Below are positions 20,502-30,055 of a stretch of DNA of 64,000 bases, piece after piece. Position numbers and translations under genes: made by a program. The stretch covers positions 18,593 to 82,592 of the forward strand of contig JAGALA010000034.1 of the NCBI GenBank assembly GCA_017625935.1, given 5' to 3'. How positions within the stretch are numbered: the stretch's first letter is position 1; each line of letters opens with the position of its first letter. The notes below the pieces were generated by a model. That model was not told where the DNA came from and did no database searches. It saw only the letters and a program-made list of their open reading frames with translations. Origin of the DNA: Clostridia bacterium (GTDB lineage: Bacteria > Bacillota > Clostridia > Oscillospirales > CAG-272).

Positions 20502-22379
20502 TTATTTACTCTGTAAGTATATGATTAAAACCGAAATATCGGCAGGGGAAACGCCCGAGATGCGTGATGCCTGACCGAGAGTTAATGGCTTTACCTTATT
20601 TAGCTTTTGCACCGCCTCAATACGAAGACCCTTGACAGTTGAATAGTCAAGGTCGGGGTCGAGTGGCTTTGACTCCATTTTTTCAGCCCTTGCAACCTCG
20701 TTTAATTGCTTCTTTACATAGCCGTCGTATTTTATGTCCGTTTGCGCGGTGAAAACAACGCTTTTTGGCAAATTAGCCCTACCTGTGTCTAAGTTTTCAA
20801 ACATAGAGAGGTCAAGCTGAGGCCTTTTTATAAGGTCGGCAAGTGAAATTGGCGTTGAAATCGGCGTTGTTCCCGATGCTTCAATTATCGAATTTACCTC
20901 GTCTGTTGGGTGAATTATAACCTTTGAAAGACGGTTCTTTTCGTCATTAATTTGGTTTCTGCGCTTTTCAAAATGCGCCCATTGACTGTCACTCACGAGT
21001 CCAACCTCTCGTCCTATGGGTGTTAGGCGAAGGTCGGCGTTGTCTTGGCGAAGGAGCAAGCGGTATTCACTGCGTGAGGTCATCATACGGTACGGCTCGT
21101 GCGTGCCCTTTGTAACAAGATCGTCAATTAGCGTGCCGATATAGGACGAGGAGCGCGGAAGAATCATTGGCTCACGTCCCTTTATTTTAAGTGCGGCGTT
21201 GATGCCTGCGACAAGTCCCTGTGCTGCCGCCTCCTCATAGCCCGAGGTGCCGTTAAACTGTCCTGCGCCGTAAAGACCCGAAATTTTCTTGTATTCGAGT
21301 GTGGCAAGCAGCTCCTGTGGGTCTGTGCAATCGTACTCAATTGCGTAGGCGTATCTCATTACCTTTGCGTTTTCAAAGCCCGAGAGAGAGTGAAGCATCT
21401 CCATTTGAACGTCAATTGGCATTGAGGTTGAAAAGCCCTGAAGGTACATTTCCTTAGTGTCAGCGCCCGTTGGCTCAAGGAACAGCTGGTGGCACTCCTT
21501 GTCTGCAAAGCGCACGATTTTGTCCTCAATTGATGGGCAATAGCGCGGACCTGTGCCGTGGATGTTTCCCGAGTACATCGCGCTTCTTTTTATGTTGTCC
21601 TTTATGATTTTGTGTGTTTCAAGGTTTGTGTATGCAATATAGCAGGGCACCTGCTCCTTTATCGGATAAGTGCTTTCATCAGTTTGCCAAGAAAATGGGA
21701 AGGAGCCAAGCTCTCCCTCTTGAATTTCAAGCTTGGAGTAGTCAATTGAATCTGCGTGGATTCTTGCAGGAGTGCCCGTTTTGAAGCGCATCATCGAAAT
21801 CCCCTCGCGAAGGAGCGCATCTGTCAAGAACGAAGCGTGCATAAGTGAATCGGGTCCTGAGTGATAGCAAATATCTCCCGTATGTACCGTTGCATTTAAG
21901 TAAGTTCCCGTGCATAAAATAGCCGCACGGCAAGAGTATTCCTCGCCGAGGCGTGTTACAACCTTGTCAATACGCTTATTTTCCCCCTCGCCCACGGTTT
22001 TTATATCGCAAATTTCCGCTTGAACGAGGCGAAGGTTTGGTGTGTTTTCCAAAACACCCTTCATAATAGAGCGGTATTTCAGTCTGTCGGCTTGAATTCT
22101 CTTTGAGTAAACCGCCGCACCCTTGCCAAGATTTAAGGTTCTTGCTTGCAGAGTAACCAAATCCGCGCTTTTTCCCATTTCACCGCCGAGAGCGTCAATT
22201 TCATAAACCAAATGGCCCTTGGCAGTGCCGCCAATCGACGGATTGCAGGGCAAATTAGCAACGGCATCGAGCGACATTGTAAATAAAACGGTGTTCAGTC
22301 CCATTCTCGCACATGCAAGCGCGGCTTCAATTCCCGCGTGGCCTGCGCCGACAACGGCAACGTCACAATAGTTTGACAT
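20502..22379 (-). CDS. mnmG: tRNA uridine 5-carboxymethylaminomethyl modification enzyme MnmG (GidA)
   Basis: The protein is 625 aa. The FAD-binding N-terminus is VVGAGHAGIEAA and the canonical GidA core is present. Confidence 0.95.
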   Translation of the reverse strand: MSNYCDVAVVGAGHAGIEAALACARMGLNTVLFTMSLDAVANLPCNPSIGGTAKGHLVYEIDALGGEMGKSADLVTLQARTLNLGKGAAVYSKRIQADRLKYRSIMKGVLENTPNLRLVQAEICDIKTVGEGENKRIDKVVTRLGEEYSCRAAILCTGTYLNATVHTGDICYHSGPDSLMHASFLTDALLREGISMMRFKTGTPARIHADSIDYSKLEIQEGELGSFPFSWQTDESTYPIKEQVPCYIAYTNLETHKIIKDNIKRSAMYSGNIHGTGPRYCPSIEDKIVRFADKECHQLFLEPTGADTKEMYLQGFSTSMPIDVQMEMLHSLSGFENAKVMRYAYAIEYDCTDPQELLATLEYKKISGLYGAGQFNGTSGYEEAAAQGLVAGINAALKIKGREPMILPRSSSYIGTLIDDLVTKGTHEPYRMMTSRSEYRLLLRQDNADLRLTPIGREVGLVSDSQWAHFEKRRNQINDEKNRLSKVIIHPTDEVNSIIEASGTTPISTPISLADLIKRPQLDLSMFENLDTGRANLPKSVVFTAQTDIKYDGYVKKQLNEVARAEKMESKPLDPDLDYSTVKGLRIEAVQKLNKVKPLTLGQASRISGVSPADISVLIIYLQSK

Positions 22380-22395
22380 AATTACTCCTTTCTAT

Positions 22396-22598
22396 GCACA
22401 ACTGCGTTGTGATTCCATACAGTAAAACACACTGATTCCATACCGCATTCGGACGGATTCCATACACGAATATGGCGTGATTACATACAACCTGCGGTTG
22501 ATTAAATGTTTACGCAAGTAAACAATTCATGTCAGGCACGCCTGACAATTCATGACAGCTATACTGTCAATTTATGATACCGTAGGTATCAATTCATT
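22396..22598. repeat. Mini-hairpin tandem array B (9 units, linkers GATTCCATAC to GATTAAATG to CAATTCATG)
   Basis: Linkers start at 22411, 22434, 22456, 22478, 22499, 22523, 22546, 22568 and 22590. Palindromic spacers include tttacgcaagtaaa, tcaggcacgcctga, acagctatactgt, ataccgtaggtat and aacctgcggtt. Confidence 0.9.
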
Positions 22599-23081
22599 TT
22601 ATTTATGATATTTCGTACCGTTTACAATAGAAAGTGAACGGTAGGCTGTTTCGTATAAAATAACGCGTAAAAGCTGATGCGGAAACGTGAGCTTAGATAC
22701 CGACAGCTTAAAGTCCGCCCTTTGCTTTACCGATGGGGCAAGCCCAAAGGATGATCCGATGATAAAGCAAATTTCGCTCTTTCCGAGCGTGGTTATTTCG
22801 TTTATTTTTGAGGCAAGCTCCTCGCTTGAAAGCTGCTTACCCTCAACGCACATAGCGATAACGTACGATTTATTTGAGATTTTCTCAAATATCGATTTAG
22901 CTTCCTTTTCAAGCGCTAAATCAATTTGGCTCTGGCTTGGATTTTCGGGCAGCTTTTCTTCCTTGAGTTCAATTTCCTCAACCCTTGCCCAAGCGCCGAG
23001 CCGCTTTTTATATTCGTCAGCCGCTGCGCGAAGATAGCCTTCCTTTAGGTTTCCTGTTGCAATAATTTTTATGTTTAGCAT
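22599..23081 (-). CDS. rlmH: 23S rRNA (pseudouridine1915-N3)-methyltransferase RlmH
   Basis: The protein is 160 aa with the SPOUT fold pattern (IGSSFGL...LSVSKLTFPHQL). Confidence 0.88.
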   Translation of the reverse strand: MLNIKIIATGNLKEGYLRAAADEYKKRLGAWARVEEIELKEEKLPENPSQSQIDLALEKEAKSIFEKISNKSYVIAMCVEGKQLSSEELASKINEITTLGKSEICFIIGSSFGLAPSVKQRADFKLSVSKLTFPHQLLRVILYETAYRSLSIVNGTKYHK

Positions 23082-23084
23082 TAT

Positions 23085-23135
23085 TCTTCAATCAATTTTT
23101 CAGCCGCCGATAAAATTGCCAATTTTCCGCTTTAA
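23085..23135 (-). pseudogene. Orphan duplicated 3' end of the PLP-enzyme gene (encodes SGKLAILSAAEKLIEE*)
   Basis: The minus-strand translation matches the C-terminus SGKIAILHAAENLIKE* of the 23190-24434 gene. Nucleotide identity is about 75%. The fragment's stop codon (23082-23084) abuts the rlmH ATG. Confidence 0.7.
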
Positions 23136-23189
23136 CCGGCTCCTTTGTGTAAAGGGAGCTGTCAGCTTTGCTGACTGAGGGATTGATTA

Positions 23190-24434
23190 TTACTCCTTAA
23201 TCAAATTTTCGGCAGCGTGTAAAATAGCAATTTTACCGCTTTCGTATGTGAGCGAGCCTTGGAAAAATGCGGTGTACGGTGGGCGCACAGGACCGTCACA
23301 GGAAAGCTCTATCGATGAGCCTTGAGTAAACGCGCCTGCCGCCATAATTACCTCATCCTGATAGCCCGGCATTGCCCAAGGCATTGGCGTTACGTATGAG
23401 TCAACAGGGCTTGCTGCCTGTATTCCCTGGCAGAATTTTATAAGCCCGTCAGCGTAGCCAAACTTAACGGTTTGGATAATGTCCGAGCGCATCTCACTGT
23501 ATTTTGGATAAACGTCAAAGCCGAGTGCTTCAAGCACGTATGCGGCAAAATGTGCAGTCTTTATTGCTTGCGCAACAACGTGAGGAGCTAAGAAAAAGCC
23601 CTTGAAAAGATTTCTGTTTTGACCCAAGGTTGCGCCAACCTCACAGCCTGTGCCAACTGAGGTAAGGCGGTATGAGGCAAGCTCAACTGCCCTTTTTGTT
23701 CCCGCAATATATCCGCCGCTTTCGGCAATTCCTCCACCCGGATTTTTTATAAGTGAGCCAATAATCATATCTGCGCCAACGTGTGTAGGCTCGCGCTCCT
23801 CGCAAAATTCGCCGTAGCAGTTGTCAACCACGACGTAAGCACCGCTTCTTTTGTGAACAAAATCGCAAATTTCGCCTATTTCGTCAATAGTCAAGGTCGG
23901 TCGGTTTAAGTAGCCCTTTGAGCGCTGAATGAACACAACCTTAACGCGCTCGCCGTACTCGTTCAGCTTTTCTTCAATTCCGTCAAAGTCGATTTTGTCG
24001 TTCTTAAAATTCACTTGGTCGTACTTTACGCCAAAGTCGGCAAGTGAGCCGTCACCGTTTGCACCGTTAAGGCCGATAACCTCGCAAAGAGTATCATACG
24101 GCTCGTTGGTAACGGAAAGAAGGACGTCATTTGGACGGAGCAAGCCGAAAAGACCTATCGTTAAAGCGGTTGTGCCGTTTGGAATTGTATGGCGCACAAA
24201 CGCTGCCTCAGCACCGAAAACGTCAGCGTAAACCTTGTCGAGCGTATCTCTGCCGATATCGTCGTAGCCATAGCCCGTAGTACCGGAAAACATACTGTCG
24301 CTGACTCTATGCTCACGGAAAAATTCAAGCACGCGCGCGGTGTTTTTATATGATGTTTCGTCTATTTTTTTATAAATATCGCTAAGCGCGGCCTCTGCCT
24401 CACTTGCAATTTTAAGAAGTCTTTCTGAAATCAT
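23190..24434 (-). CDS. PLP-dependent enzyme, aluminium-resistance / YnbB (Cys/Met-metabolism lyase-like) family
   Basis: The protein is 414 aa. The N-terminus ...FSGTTGYGYDDIGRDTLD... is typical of this family. The RBS is aaggag. Confidence 0.65.
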   Translation of the reverse strand: MISERLLKIASEAEAALSDIYKKIDETSYKNTARVLEFFREHRVSDSMFSGTTGYGYDDIGRDTLDKVYADVFGAEAAFVRHTIPNGTTALTIGLFGLLRPNDVLLSVTNEPYDTLCEVIGLNGANGDGSLADFGVKYDQVNFKNDKIDFDGIEEKLNEYGERVKVVFIQRSKGYLNRPTLTIDEIGEICDFVHKRSGAYVVVDNCYGEFCEEREPTHVGADMIIGSLIKNPGGGIAESGGYIAGTKRAVELASYRLTSVGTGCEVGATLGQNRNLFKGFFLAPHVVAQAIKTAHFAAYVLEALGFDVYPKYSEMRSDIIQTVKFGYADGLIKFCQGIQAASPVDSYVTPMPWAMPGYQDEVIMAAGAFTQGSSIELSCDGPVRPPYTAFFQGSLTYESGKIAILHAAENLIKE

Positions 24435-24496
24435 AAATTCTCCTTATTTAGCAAACACAGGTCAAGGTTTTTGCCCTGCCTGTGTCTGTTTTTCTA

Positions 24497-26317
24497 TTAT
24501 TTTAACTTTGCGTATGCCTTAAGTCTTAACTGAGTATTAAGAATTTTCTTTCTTAAGCGGAGCGACTTTGGAGTAACCTCAATAAGCTCGTCCTCTGCAA
24601 TATACTCAATTGCCTGCTCAAGTGACATTTGTCTTGGCGGAGTTAAGATGAGCGCCTCGTCCGCACCCTTTGAACGAATAGCGGTTAAGTGCTTTTTCTT
24701 ACATACGTTGACAACGATATCCTCCATTTTCGGACATTCGCCAACAATCATTCCCTCATAAACGGGAGTTTGAACGCCAATGAACATAGCACCTCTGTCC
24801 TGTGTATTGAAAAGACCGTATGAGGTTGCCTCTCCGTCCTCGGAAGCAATAAGCGAGCCTGTAAATCTTGTGATAACGTCGCCCTTGAAAGGCTGATAGC
24901 CGTCAAATAAGGTGTTTAAGATACCCTCGCCCTTGGTGTCTGTCATAAATTCACTTCTGTAGCCGAACAGACATCTTGACGGAATTAAATATTCAAGACG
25001 CGTTCTTGTGCCTGCCTTGTTCATTTCAAGCAGCTCGCCCTTACGTGAGCCAAGCTTTTGAACAACCGCGCCAACGCTTTCGTCAGGCACGTCAATTGAA
25101 ACTCTTTCCATCGGCTCGTGTAAAGTGCCGTCGATTGTTTTATAAAGCACACGCGGAGTTGAGCAGCAAAGCTCGTAGCCCTCACGGCGCATAGTTTCGA
25201 TAAGAATTGATAAGTGCATTTCGCCTCTGCCCGCAACCTTAAAGGAGTCGGTTGTGTCGCCATCCGTTACGCGGAGGGAAACGTCCTTAAGTGTTTCCTT
25301 GTAAAGGCGGTCACGGATTTGACGGGAGGTAACAAACTTGCCCTCCTTGCCTGCAAACGGGCTGTCGTTTACGCTGAAGGTCATTTCCATTGTCGGCTCT
25401 GAAACCTTAACGAATTCAAGCGGCTCAGGGTTGTTAACCGAGCAAATTGTATCACCTATTGAAAGCTCCTCAACGCCCGAGAAGCAAACGATATCGCCGA
25501 CCGTTGCTGTTTGTGCGGGCTGACGTGAAAGACCCTCAAACTGATAGATTGAAACAATCTTTGCACGTCTTGGGGCTGCATCGGAGTGATAGTTGCAAAC
25601 GGAAACCTCGCCGTTTACCTTAAGAGTACCGCGCTCAATTCTACCGATACCTATCTTACCAACGTACTCGTTATAGTCGATTGCAGAAACGAGAAGCTGT
25701 AAATCCTCATCCTCCTCGCCCTCGGGCTCGGGGATATAGTCGATAATTGTATCGAGAAGCGGCTTTAAGTCAGTGCCGGGAACGTCGGGTGAGAATGAGG
25801 CTGTGCCTGCTCTGCCCGAGCAGAAAAGCATTGGTGAGTCAAGCTGCTCATCAGTTGCGTTAAGGTCGATTAGAAGCTCCAAAACCTCGTCGATAACCTC
25901 GTGCACACGTGCATCGGGGCGGTCGATTTTGTTAACGACAACTATTATTCTGTGGTTAAGCTCCATTGCCTTGCGAAGCACGAAGCGTGTTTGAGGCATC
26001 GGACCCTCTGCCGCGTCAACGAGCAAAATAACGCCGTTAACCATCTTAAGGATTCTTTCAACCTCACCGCCAAAGTCCGCGTGGCCGGGGGTGTCGATTA
26101 TGTTTATTTTCTTATCGCCGTAGCGAATAGCTGTATTTTTTGCCAAGATTGTAATGCCGCGCTCCTTTTCGAGTGCGTTTGAGTCCATTACACGGTCGGT
26201 AGTGGATTGATTTTCGTGGTATGCGCCGCCCTGCTCCAAAAGTCCGTCAACGAGTGTTGTTTTACCGTGGTCAACGTGGGCAATGATTGCAACGTTTCTT
26301 AAATCTTCTCTAAGCAT
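24497..26317 (-). CDS. typA: Translational GTPase TypA/BipA
   Basis: The G1 motif is AHVDHGKTT, the G3 motif is DTPGHADF and the G4 motif is NKID. The protein is 606 aa. Confidence 0.95.
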   Translation of the reverse strand: MLREDLRNVAIIAHVDHGKTTLVDGLLEQGGAYHENQSTTDRVMDSNALEKERGITILAKNTAIRYGDKKINIIDTPGHADFGGEVERILKMVNGVILLVDAAEGPMPQTRFVLRKAMELNHRIIVVVNKIDRPDARVHEVIDEVLELLIDLNATDEQLDSPMLFCSGRAGTASFSPDVPGTDLKPLLDTIIDYIPEPEGEEDEDLQLLVSAIDYNEYVGKIGIGRIERGTLKVNGEVSVCNYHSDAAPRRAKIVSIYQFEGLSRQPAQTATVGDIVCFSGVEELSIGDTICSVNNPEPLEFVKVSEPTMEMTFSVNDSPFAGKEGKFVTSRQIRDRLYKETLKDVSLRVTDGDTTDSFKVAGRGEMHLSILIETMRREGYELCCSTPRVLYKTIDGTLHEPMERVSIDVPDESVGAVVQKLGSRKGELLEMNKAGTRTRLEYLIPSRCLFGYRSEFMTDTKGEGILNTLFDGYQPFKGDVITRFTGSLIASEDGEATSYGLFNTQDRGAMFIGVQTPVYEGMIVGECPKMEDIVVNVCKKKHLTAIRSKGADEALILTPPRQMSLEQAIEYIAEDELIEVTPKSLRLRKKILNTQLRLKAYAKLK

Positions 26318-26436
26318 TTCATCCGTCCTTTTTTATATTGAAAAATTTAGCGTGCCTATTATAGCACACATTTTTCTAAAATAAAAGACTTTTTTATAAA
26401 AAAATTAAATTTTCATAAAATCAACACAAAAGCATA

Positions 26437-26545
26437 CTCACTGAGGGTGAGATTCCATACAGAACAAAGTACTGATTCCATTCACGGTGAACCGTAATTC
26501 CATACACATAAATGTGTGATTCCATACAACCTTCGGTTGATTTAG
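26437..26545. repeat. Mini-hairpin tandem array C (5 units, linker [G/A]ATTCCAT[A/T]C)
   Basis: Linkers start at 26451, 26474, 26496, 26518 and 26538 (degenerate). Spacers are tcactgagggtga, acggtgaaccgt, acataaatgtgt and aaccttcggtt. Confidence 0.85.
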
Positions 26546-26547
26546 CC

Positions 26548-26633
26548 GTAGGGTAAGATATTATCTTCCCGCGTATCAAGCAGATGTTAATTAAATCGCA
26601 TTCGCGTTTGTAGGGGAGGGGCTTGCTCCTCCC
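26548..26633 (+). repeat. Two GTAGGG-plus-hairpin REP-like elements
   Basis: The two elements are gtagggtaagatattatcttccc (26548-26570) and gtaggggaggggcttgctcctccc (26610-26633). Confidence 0.7.
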
Positions 26634-26713
26634 GCCTTTCGGATTAAGTCCTGACCTTGTCAGGATGAAGTCGCTTCGCGGTTATATTACCTTCCCTTAC
26701 AAAATCAAAAGGT

Positions 26714-26750
26714 TGATAAAAATCCCTCCTTGAAATACCAAAGAGGGATT
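26714..26750 (-). terminator. Rho-independent terminator (minus strand)
   Basis: The stem is aatccctc / gagggatt. On the minus strand it is followed by TTTTTAT. Confidence 0.65.
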
Positions 26751-26756
26751 GAATTA

Positions 26757-27716
26757 TTATTTTACAGGTTCAAAAACAACGGATTTTACTACGTCTAAGT
26801 AGATTTTTCCATCTTCGCTTGGAGATACGCGTTTTGTGTTTTCGTTTTCGTCATAAACCAAAATATCTGAGTCACTTTCAATTAAAATAGTGAGGGGAGT
26901 GTCTAAAATTGCACTTGGCGTGTCGCTGTTTACGAGAATTTCCGCCTTTAATTTTCCGTCCTGCTCACTCACTTGAAGCGTGCTGTTTTCGTATTTTCTA
27001 AGATATGAGGCAACCTCGTCAAACGAGCCCGTCCAAATTTTACCGCCGCGTGCGCGCTCGGCAAGATAATCACATTCCACCTTAAACTGCTCCGCATTTT
27101 GTGAGTGGAAAACGTCCTCGTCCTTGTGGGTGATCCAGTGGTTCATTTGGACGCCCCAGCCACCCTCACTTATTGTTTTGTCAATATAATCGGTATAGTA
27201 TTTCAAGTCCTTTGCAAGCATAGCGGTTAAGCAGTTTACGTCAAGCCAATTGATTTTTCCGGGCTGGTTTACACCGTCTCCACCCGCACGGCAAGCAATA
27301 TAATGCTCGGCAAGTAGGGCTGTTCCCTCCTCGTCACGCGCGCCGCCTGCAAAAATAAAGGTGTTTACCTCCTCGCCCGGGAACATCTCGCGCAGCTTTG
27401 CTTGAGCACCCTCGGCGTCCGCCTTTCTTCTCTCATACGGAGTTGAGGAGCAAAACGCAATATCGTGTCCAATAGTGTGTGAGGCAATATCAAAATAGTT
27501 AGCTTCGATAGCCTCGCGCCACATATTAATTAAGCGCTCGTGCATAAAAGCAACGGTAATTCCAACGGTTGCTTTAATCTTAACGCCCGTTTTTTCGTAC
27601 ACGTCCTCAAACTTTTCGATTACCTCGCGCGTTGAATCATAGTAGCAGCCGTCGTCAAAGGTAAAGGAAAACGCACAGCCTGCACCGCCCTTGTATTTGC
27701 AAATTTCAATATTCAT
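26757..27716 (-). CDS. Polysaccharide deacetylase (NodB/CE4-like)
   Basis: The NodB-type motifs FTFDDG and SHTIGH are present. The start was chosen at MNIEICKYK (ATG at 27716). Confidence 0.7.
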   Translation of the reverse strand: MNIEICKYKGGAGCAFSFTFDDGCYYDSTREVIEKFEDVYEKTGVKIKATVGITVAFMHERLINMWREAIEANYFDIASHTIGHDIAFCSSTPYERRKADAEGAQAKLREMFPGEEVNTFIFAGGARDEEGTALLAEHYIACRAGGDGVNQPGKINWLDVNCLTAMLAKDLKYYTDYIDKTISEGGWGVQMNHWITHKDEDVFHSQNAEQFKVECDYLAERARGGKIWTGSFDEVASYLRKYENSTLQVSEQDGKLKAEILVNSDTPSAILDTPLTILIESDSDILVYDENENTKRVSPSEDGKIYLDVVKSVVFEPVK

Positions 27717-27790
27717 AAATTTGTCCTCACAAAAAATATTTATTAAAATAATTATATCACACGCACGTAAGATATTCAATATTATAAAAT

Positions 27791-27820
27791 AAAAAAGCAC
27801 CGAAAATCGGTGCTTTCTTT
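27791..27820. terminator. Bidirectional terminator
   Basis: The sequence is aaaaaa-gcaccga-aaa-tcggtgc-tttcttt. Confidence 0.7.
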
Positions 27821-27830
27821 ATGTAGCCAA

Positions 27831-28052
27831 TTAGATATCCATTTTATTAAGAAGCTCTTTAAGGTTCTTAATTTCAGCTTCTGTAAGAGTAATGCCCTTA
27901 CCGAGCTTTTCGTGGCCCTCTTGCCAAACACGAATGTCATAAACAGGCTCGCGCTCGTTCCAGCTGATAAGGTTAACTTCCTTAACCCAACCACTCTCGC
28001 TGTCAGAAACATTACCAAATGTTTTAACGATATCATACTTGAATTCTGCCAT
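27831..28052 (-). CDS. PC4/YdbC-like single-stranded DNA-binding protein
   Basis: The protein is 73 aa. The pattern ...WVKEVNLISWNEREPVYDIRVW... is typical of bacterial YdbC/PC4 homologs. Confidence 0.6.
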   Translation of the reverse strand: MAEFKYDIVKTFGNVSDSESGWVKEVNLISWNEREPVYDIRVWQEGHEKLGKGITLTEAEIKNLKELLNKMDI

Positions 28053-28310
28053 TTCAGTATACCTCCTTACAAAATATCGAGTTTGGTTAAACCACCCTCA
28101 TTTATGCATATTTTACCATACTATTTTTGAAATTGCAATATATTATATATAAAAATATATATAAAAAGAGGGAAAATTCAAAAAAAATTTACAATTTTCT
28201 CGAAAAATGTGTAAAAGATACCGCTTTTTATTAAAGAATGCGCGCTATGCTTTAAAATATAAGCACGCGCGCTAAAATTTCTACTAATATATTATATATA
28301 CGTGAAAGCT

Positions 28311-28339
28311 AAACAAAATGGGCGCAATTTTGCGCCCAT
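28311..28339 (-). terminator. Rho-independent terminator (minus strand)
   Basis: The stem is atgggcgca / tgcgcccat. An A-run on the plus strand gives a U-run on the minus strand. Confidence 0.7.
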
Positions 28340-28344
28340 TTAAA

Positions 28345-29490
28345 TTATTTTGTGTACTTTTTAAGAGTTACCGTAACATCCTTGCCGCCTGCCTTGATAG
28401 GTGCGTCGAAAGTTTCAAGCTCGGCATCTCTGTGGTAAAGCTCCTCTTTTGTTTCGGGAACCTTGTAAAGCGGCTCTTCCTTTGGAAGCTTCTTGCCGAT
28501 GTTTGCAATGTGGTGTCTGTTTTGAGCTACTGTAATTTTGTATTCGTCAACGTCAGGCTCACGGTAAAGCTCGGGAACCGATGCTTTAACAGCACAGATT
28601 GCAACCTGAATTTGATCGTCACTTGGCTCTCTTGTGGTAATTCTCTGCATCCAAAGACCCGGAGCTGAGAGAATTTTTGTGATTTGGTTTTCGTTCTTGC
28701 CCGCGTACATAATGTATTCGTAGCCAATGCCCATAACAAGCGGAAGCACCAAAATCTTAGTAACTATTCTTGTAAAGCCCGTAAACGGAATGAAGCAACC
28801 AACGAGAATACTCAAAAGAATCATAACGAACATAAAGGATGTGCCACATCTTGGGTGGAATCGTGTGCATTTTCTTACGTTCTTTACTGTAAGCTCGTGA
28901 CCTGATTCAAAGCAGGCAATTGTTTTATGCTCCGCACCGTGATATTCAAACGTGCGGCGAATATCCTTCATAAGTGAAACGATAAGCAGGTATGCAATAA
29001 AGATTGCAACCTTGAAAACGCCCTCAATTAATGCAATGATTGAAAAATGCCAGAATTTTTCGGTTGTCAGCTGGAAAAAGTCCGCAATCCACTGTGCAAT
29101 ATATGTCGGCAGAACCGAGAAAAGCACGAGTGAGAGGCAAAGACCAAGCACCAAGGAAACAATCATAACAAGCACGGTGGAAGCACCGCTTTTTTTCTTG
29201 CCGTTTTTCTTGTCCTCCTCAAGGTCAAGCATATCTGTTGAGTGGCTCAGTGTCTTAAACGAAAGCACCAAGGATTCAAAGAAAGCTATAATTCCTCTGA
29301 TTATGGGCTTGTCAAAAAGCTTAAATTTTTTTCTTGGGGAGTGGAATTCAGTATTTTTAATTTCAATGCTTCCGTCCTCCTTGCGCACAGCGAGCGATAC
29401 GCGTTCGCTGTTTTTCATCATAACGCCTTCGATAACGGCTTGACCGCCGACCTTGTTATGACGGTTGACGAGGTTTGAGTTTTTGTCCAT
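28345..29490 (-). CDS. DUF1385-domain membrane protein (YqhQ-like)
   Basis: The motifs GGQAVIEGVMM and EYHGAEHK are present along with several TM helices. The protein has a C-terminal extension. It is located near prmC, as in many Firmicutes. Confidence 0.75.
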   Translation of the reverse strand: MDKNSNLVNRHNKVGGQAVIEGVMMKNSERVSLAVRKEDGSIEIKNTEFHSPRKKFKLFDKPIIRGIIAFFESLVLSFKTLSHSTDMLDLEEDKKNGKKKSGASTVLVMIVSLVLGLCLSLVLFSVLPTYIAQWIADFFQLTTEKFWHFSIIALIEGVFKVAIFIAYLLIVSLMKDIRRTFEYHGAEHKTIACFESGHELTVKNVRKCTRFHPRCGTSFMFVMILLSILVGCFIPFTGFTRIVTKILVLPLVMGIGYEYIMYAGKNENQITKILSAPGLWMQRITTREPSDDQIQVAICAVKASVPELYREPDVDEYKITVAQNRHHIANIGKKLPKEEPLYKVPETKEELYHRDAELETFDAPIKAGGKDVTVTLKKYTK

Positions 29491-29536
29491 TATGTCCTCC
29501 TATTTAAAAGTAAACAGGCTTACCTGTGTACGAAAA

Positions 29537-29971
29537 TTACGATTTATAAATTGACGTGGGTGAATCAAGATAGCTTTGCAAAATCAAGCAAGCAGACATT
29601 TCATCAATAATTTCCTTGCGCTTTTGTCCGTGCGTGCCTGTAATATTGAGCATCACGTGCGCGTTTGCGGTAGATAATCGCTCGTCATAAAGGATAACCT
29701 CAATGCCCGAATGCTCTCTTAGATAATCAGCAAAGGCTTTTATCTTTTCCGAGCGCGGCCCCTCTGTGCCGTTCATATTGATAGGATGCCCGAGCACAAT
29801 CAAGCCAACGTCGTTTTTTTTGGCAATTTCAACCACAGAGTCGCCCGTTTCCTTAAAGCTCTTGCTTTTTATCGTGCCGCATCCGCTTGCCAAAAAGCCG
29901 CTCAAATCCGACAAAGCAAGACCTGTGCGTGCATCACCGAAGTCTACACCAAGCGTTCTTTTCTTCATCAT
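29537..29971 (-). CDS. ruvX: Holliday junction resolvase-like nuclease RuvX (YqgF)
   Basis: The YqgF signature LGVDFGDARTGLALSD is present. The start is uncertain (29971, 29968 or 30007). Confidence 0.85.
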   Translation of the reverse strand: MMKKRTLGVDFGDARTGLALSDLSGFLASGCGTIKSKSFKETGDSVVEIAKKNDVGLIVLGHPINMNGTEGPRSEKIKAFADYLREHSGIEVILYDERLSTANAHVMLNITGTHGQKRKEIIDEMSACLILQSYLDSPTSIYKS

Positions 29972-30055
29972 TTGTCCTTTTTCAGCCAATTTTTTAATGT
30001 TTCGCATCTAATATTTTAACATATGCGCGAAAAAATTTCAATAGAAAAGCGCAAT

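Noticed and set aside
22396-22598. Mini-ORFs starting at the ATG of the minus-strand linker ATGAATTG (for example MNCQACLT*, MNCLLA*).
   Set aside because: They stop after 2-9 codons, are in inconsistent frames and have no RBS. The ATG is simply part of the conserved linker.
22500-22598. Linker TTG plus the start of the spacer acting as reiterated -35 boxes (for example TTGACA, TTGTCA on the minus strand).
   Set aside because: There is no consistently spaced -10 element. The hexamer after TTG varies with the hairpin sequence.
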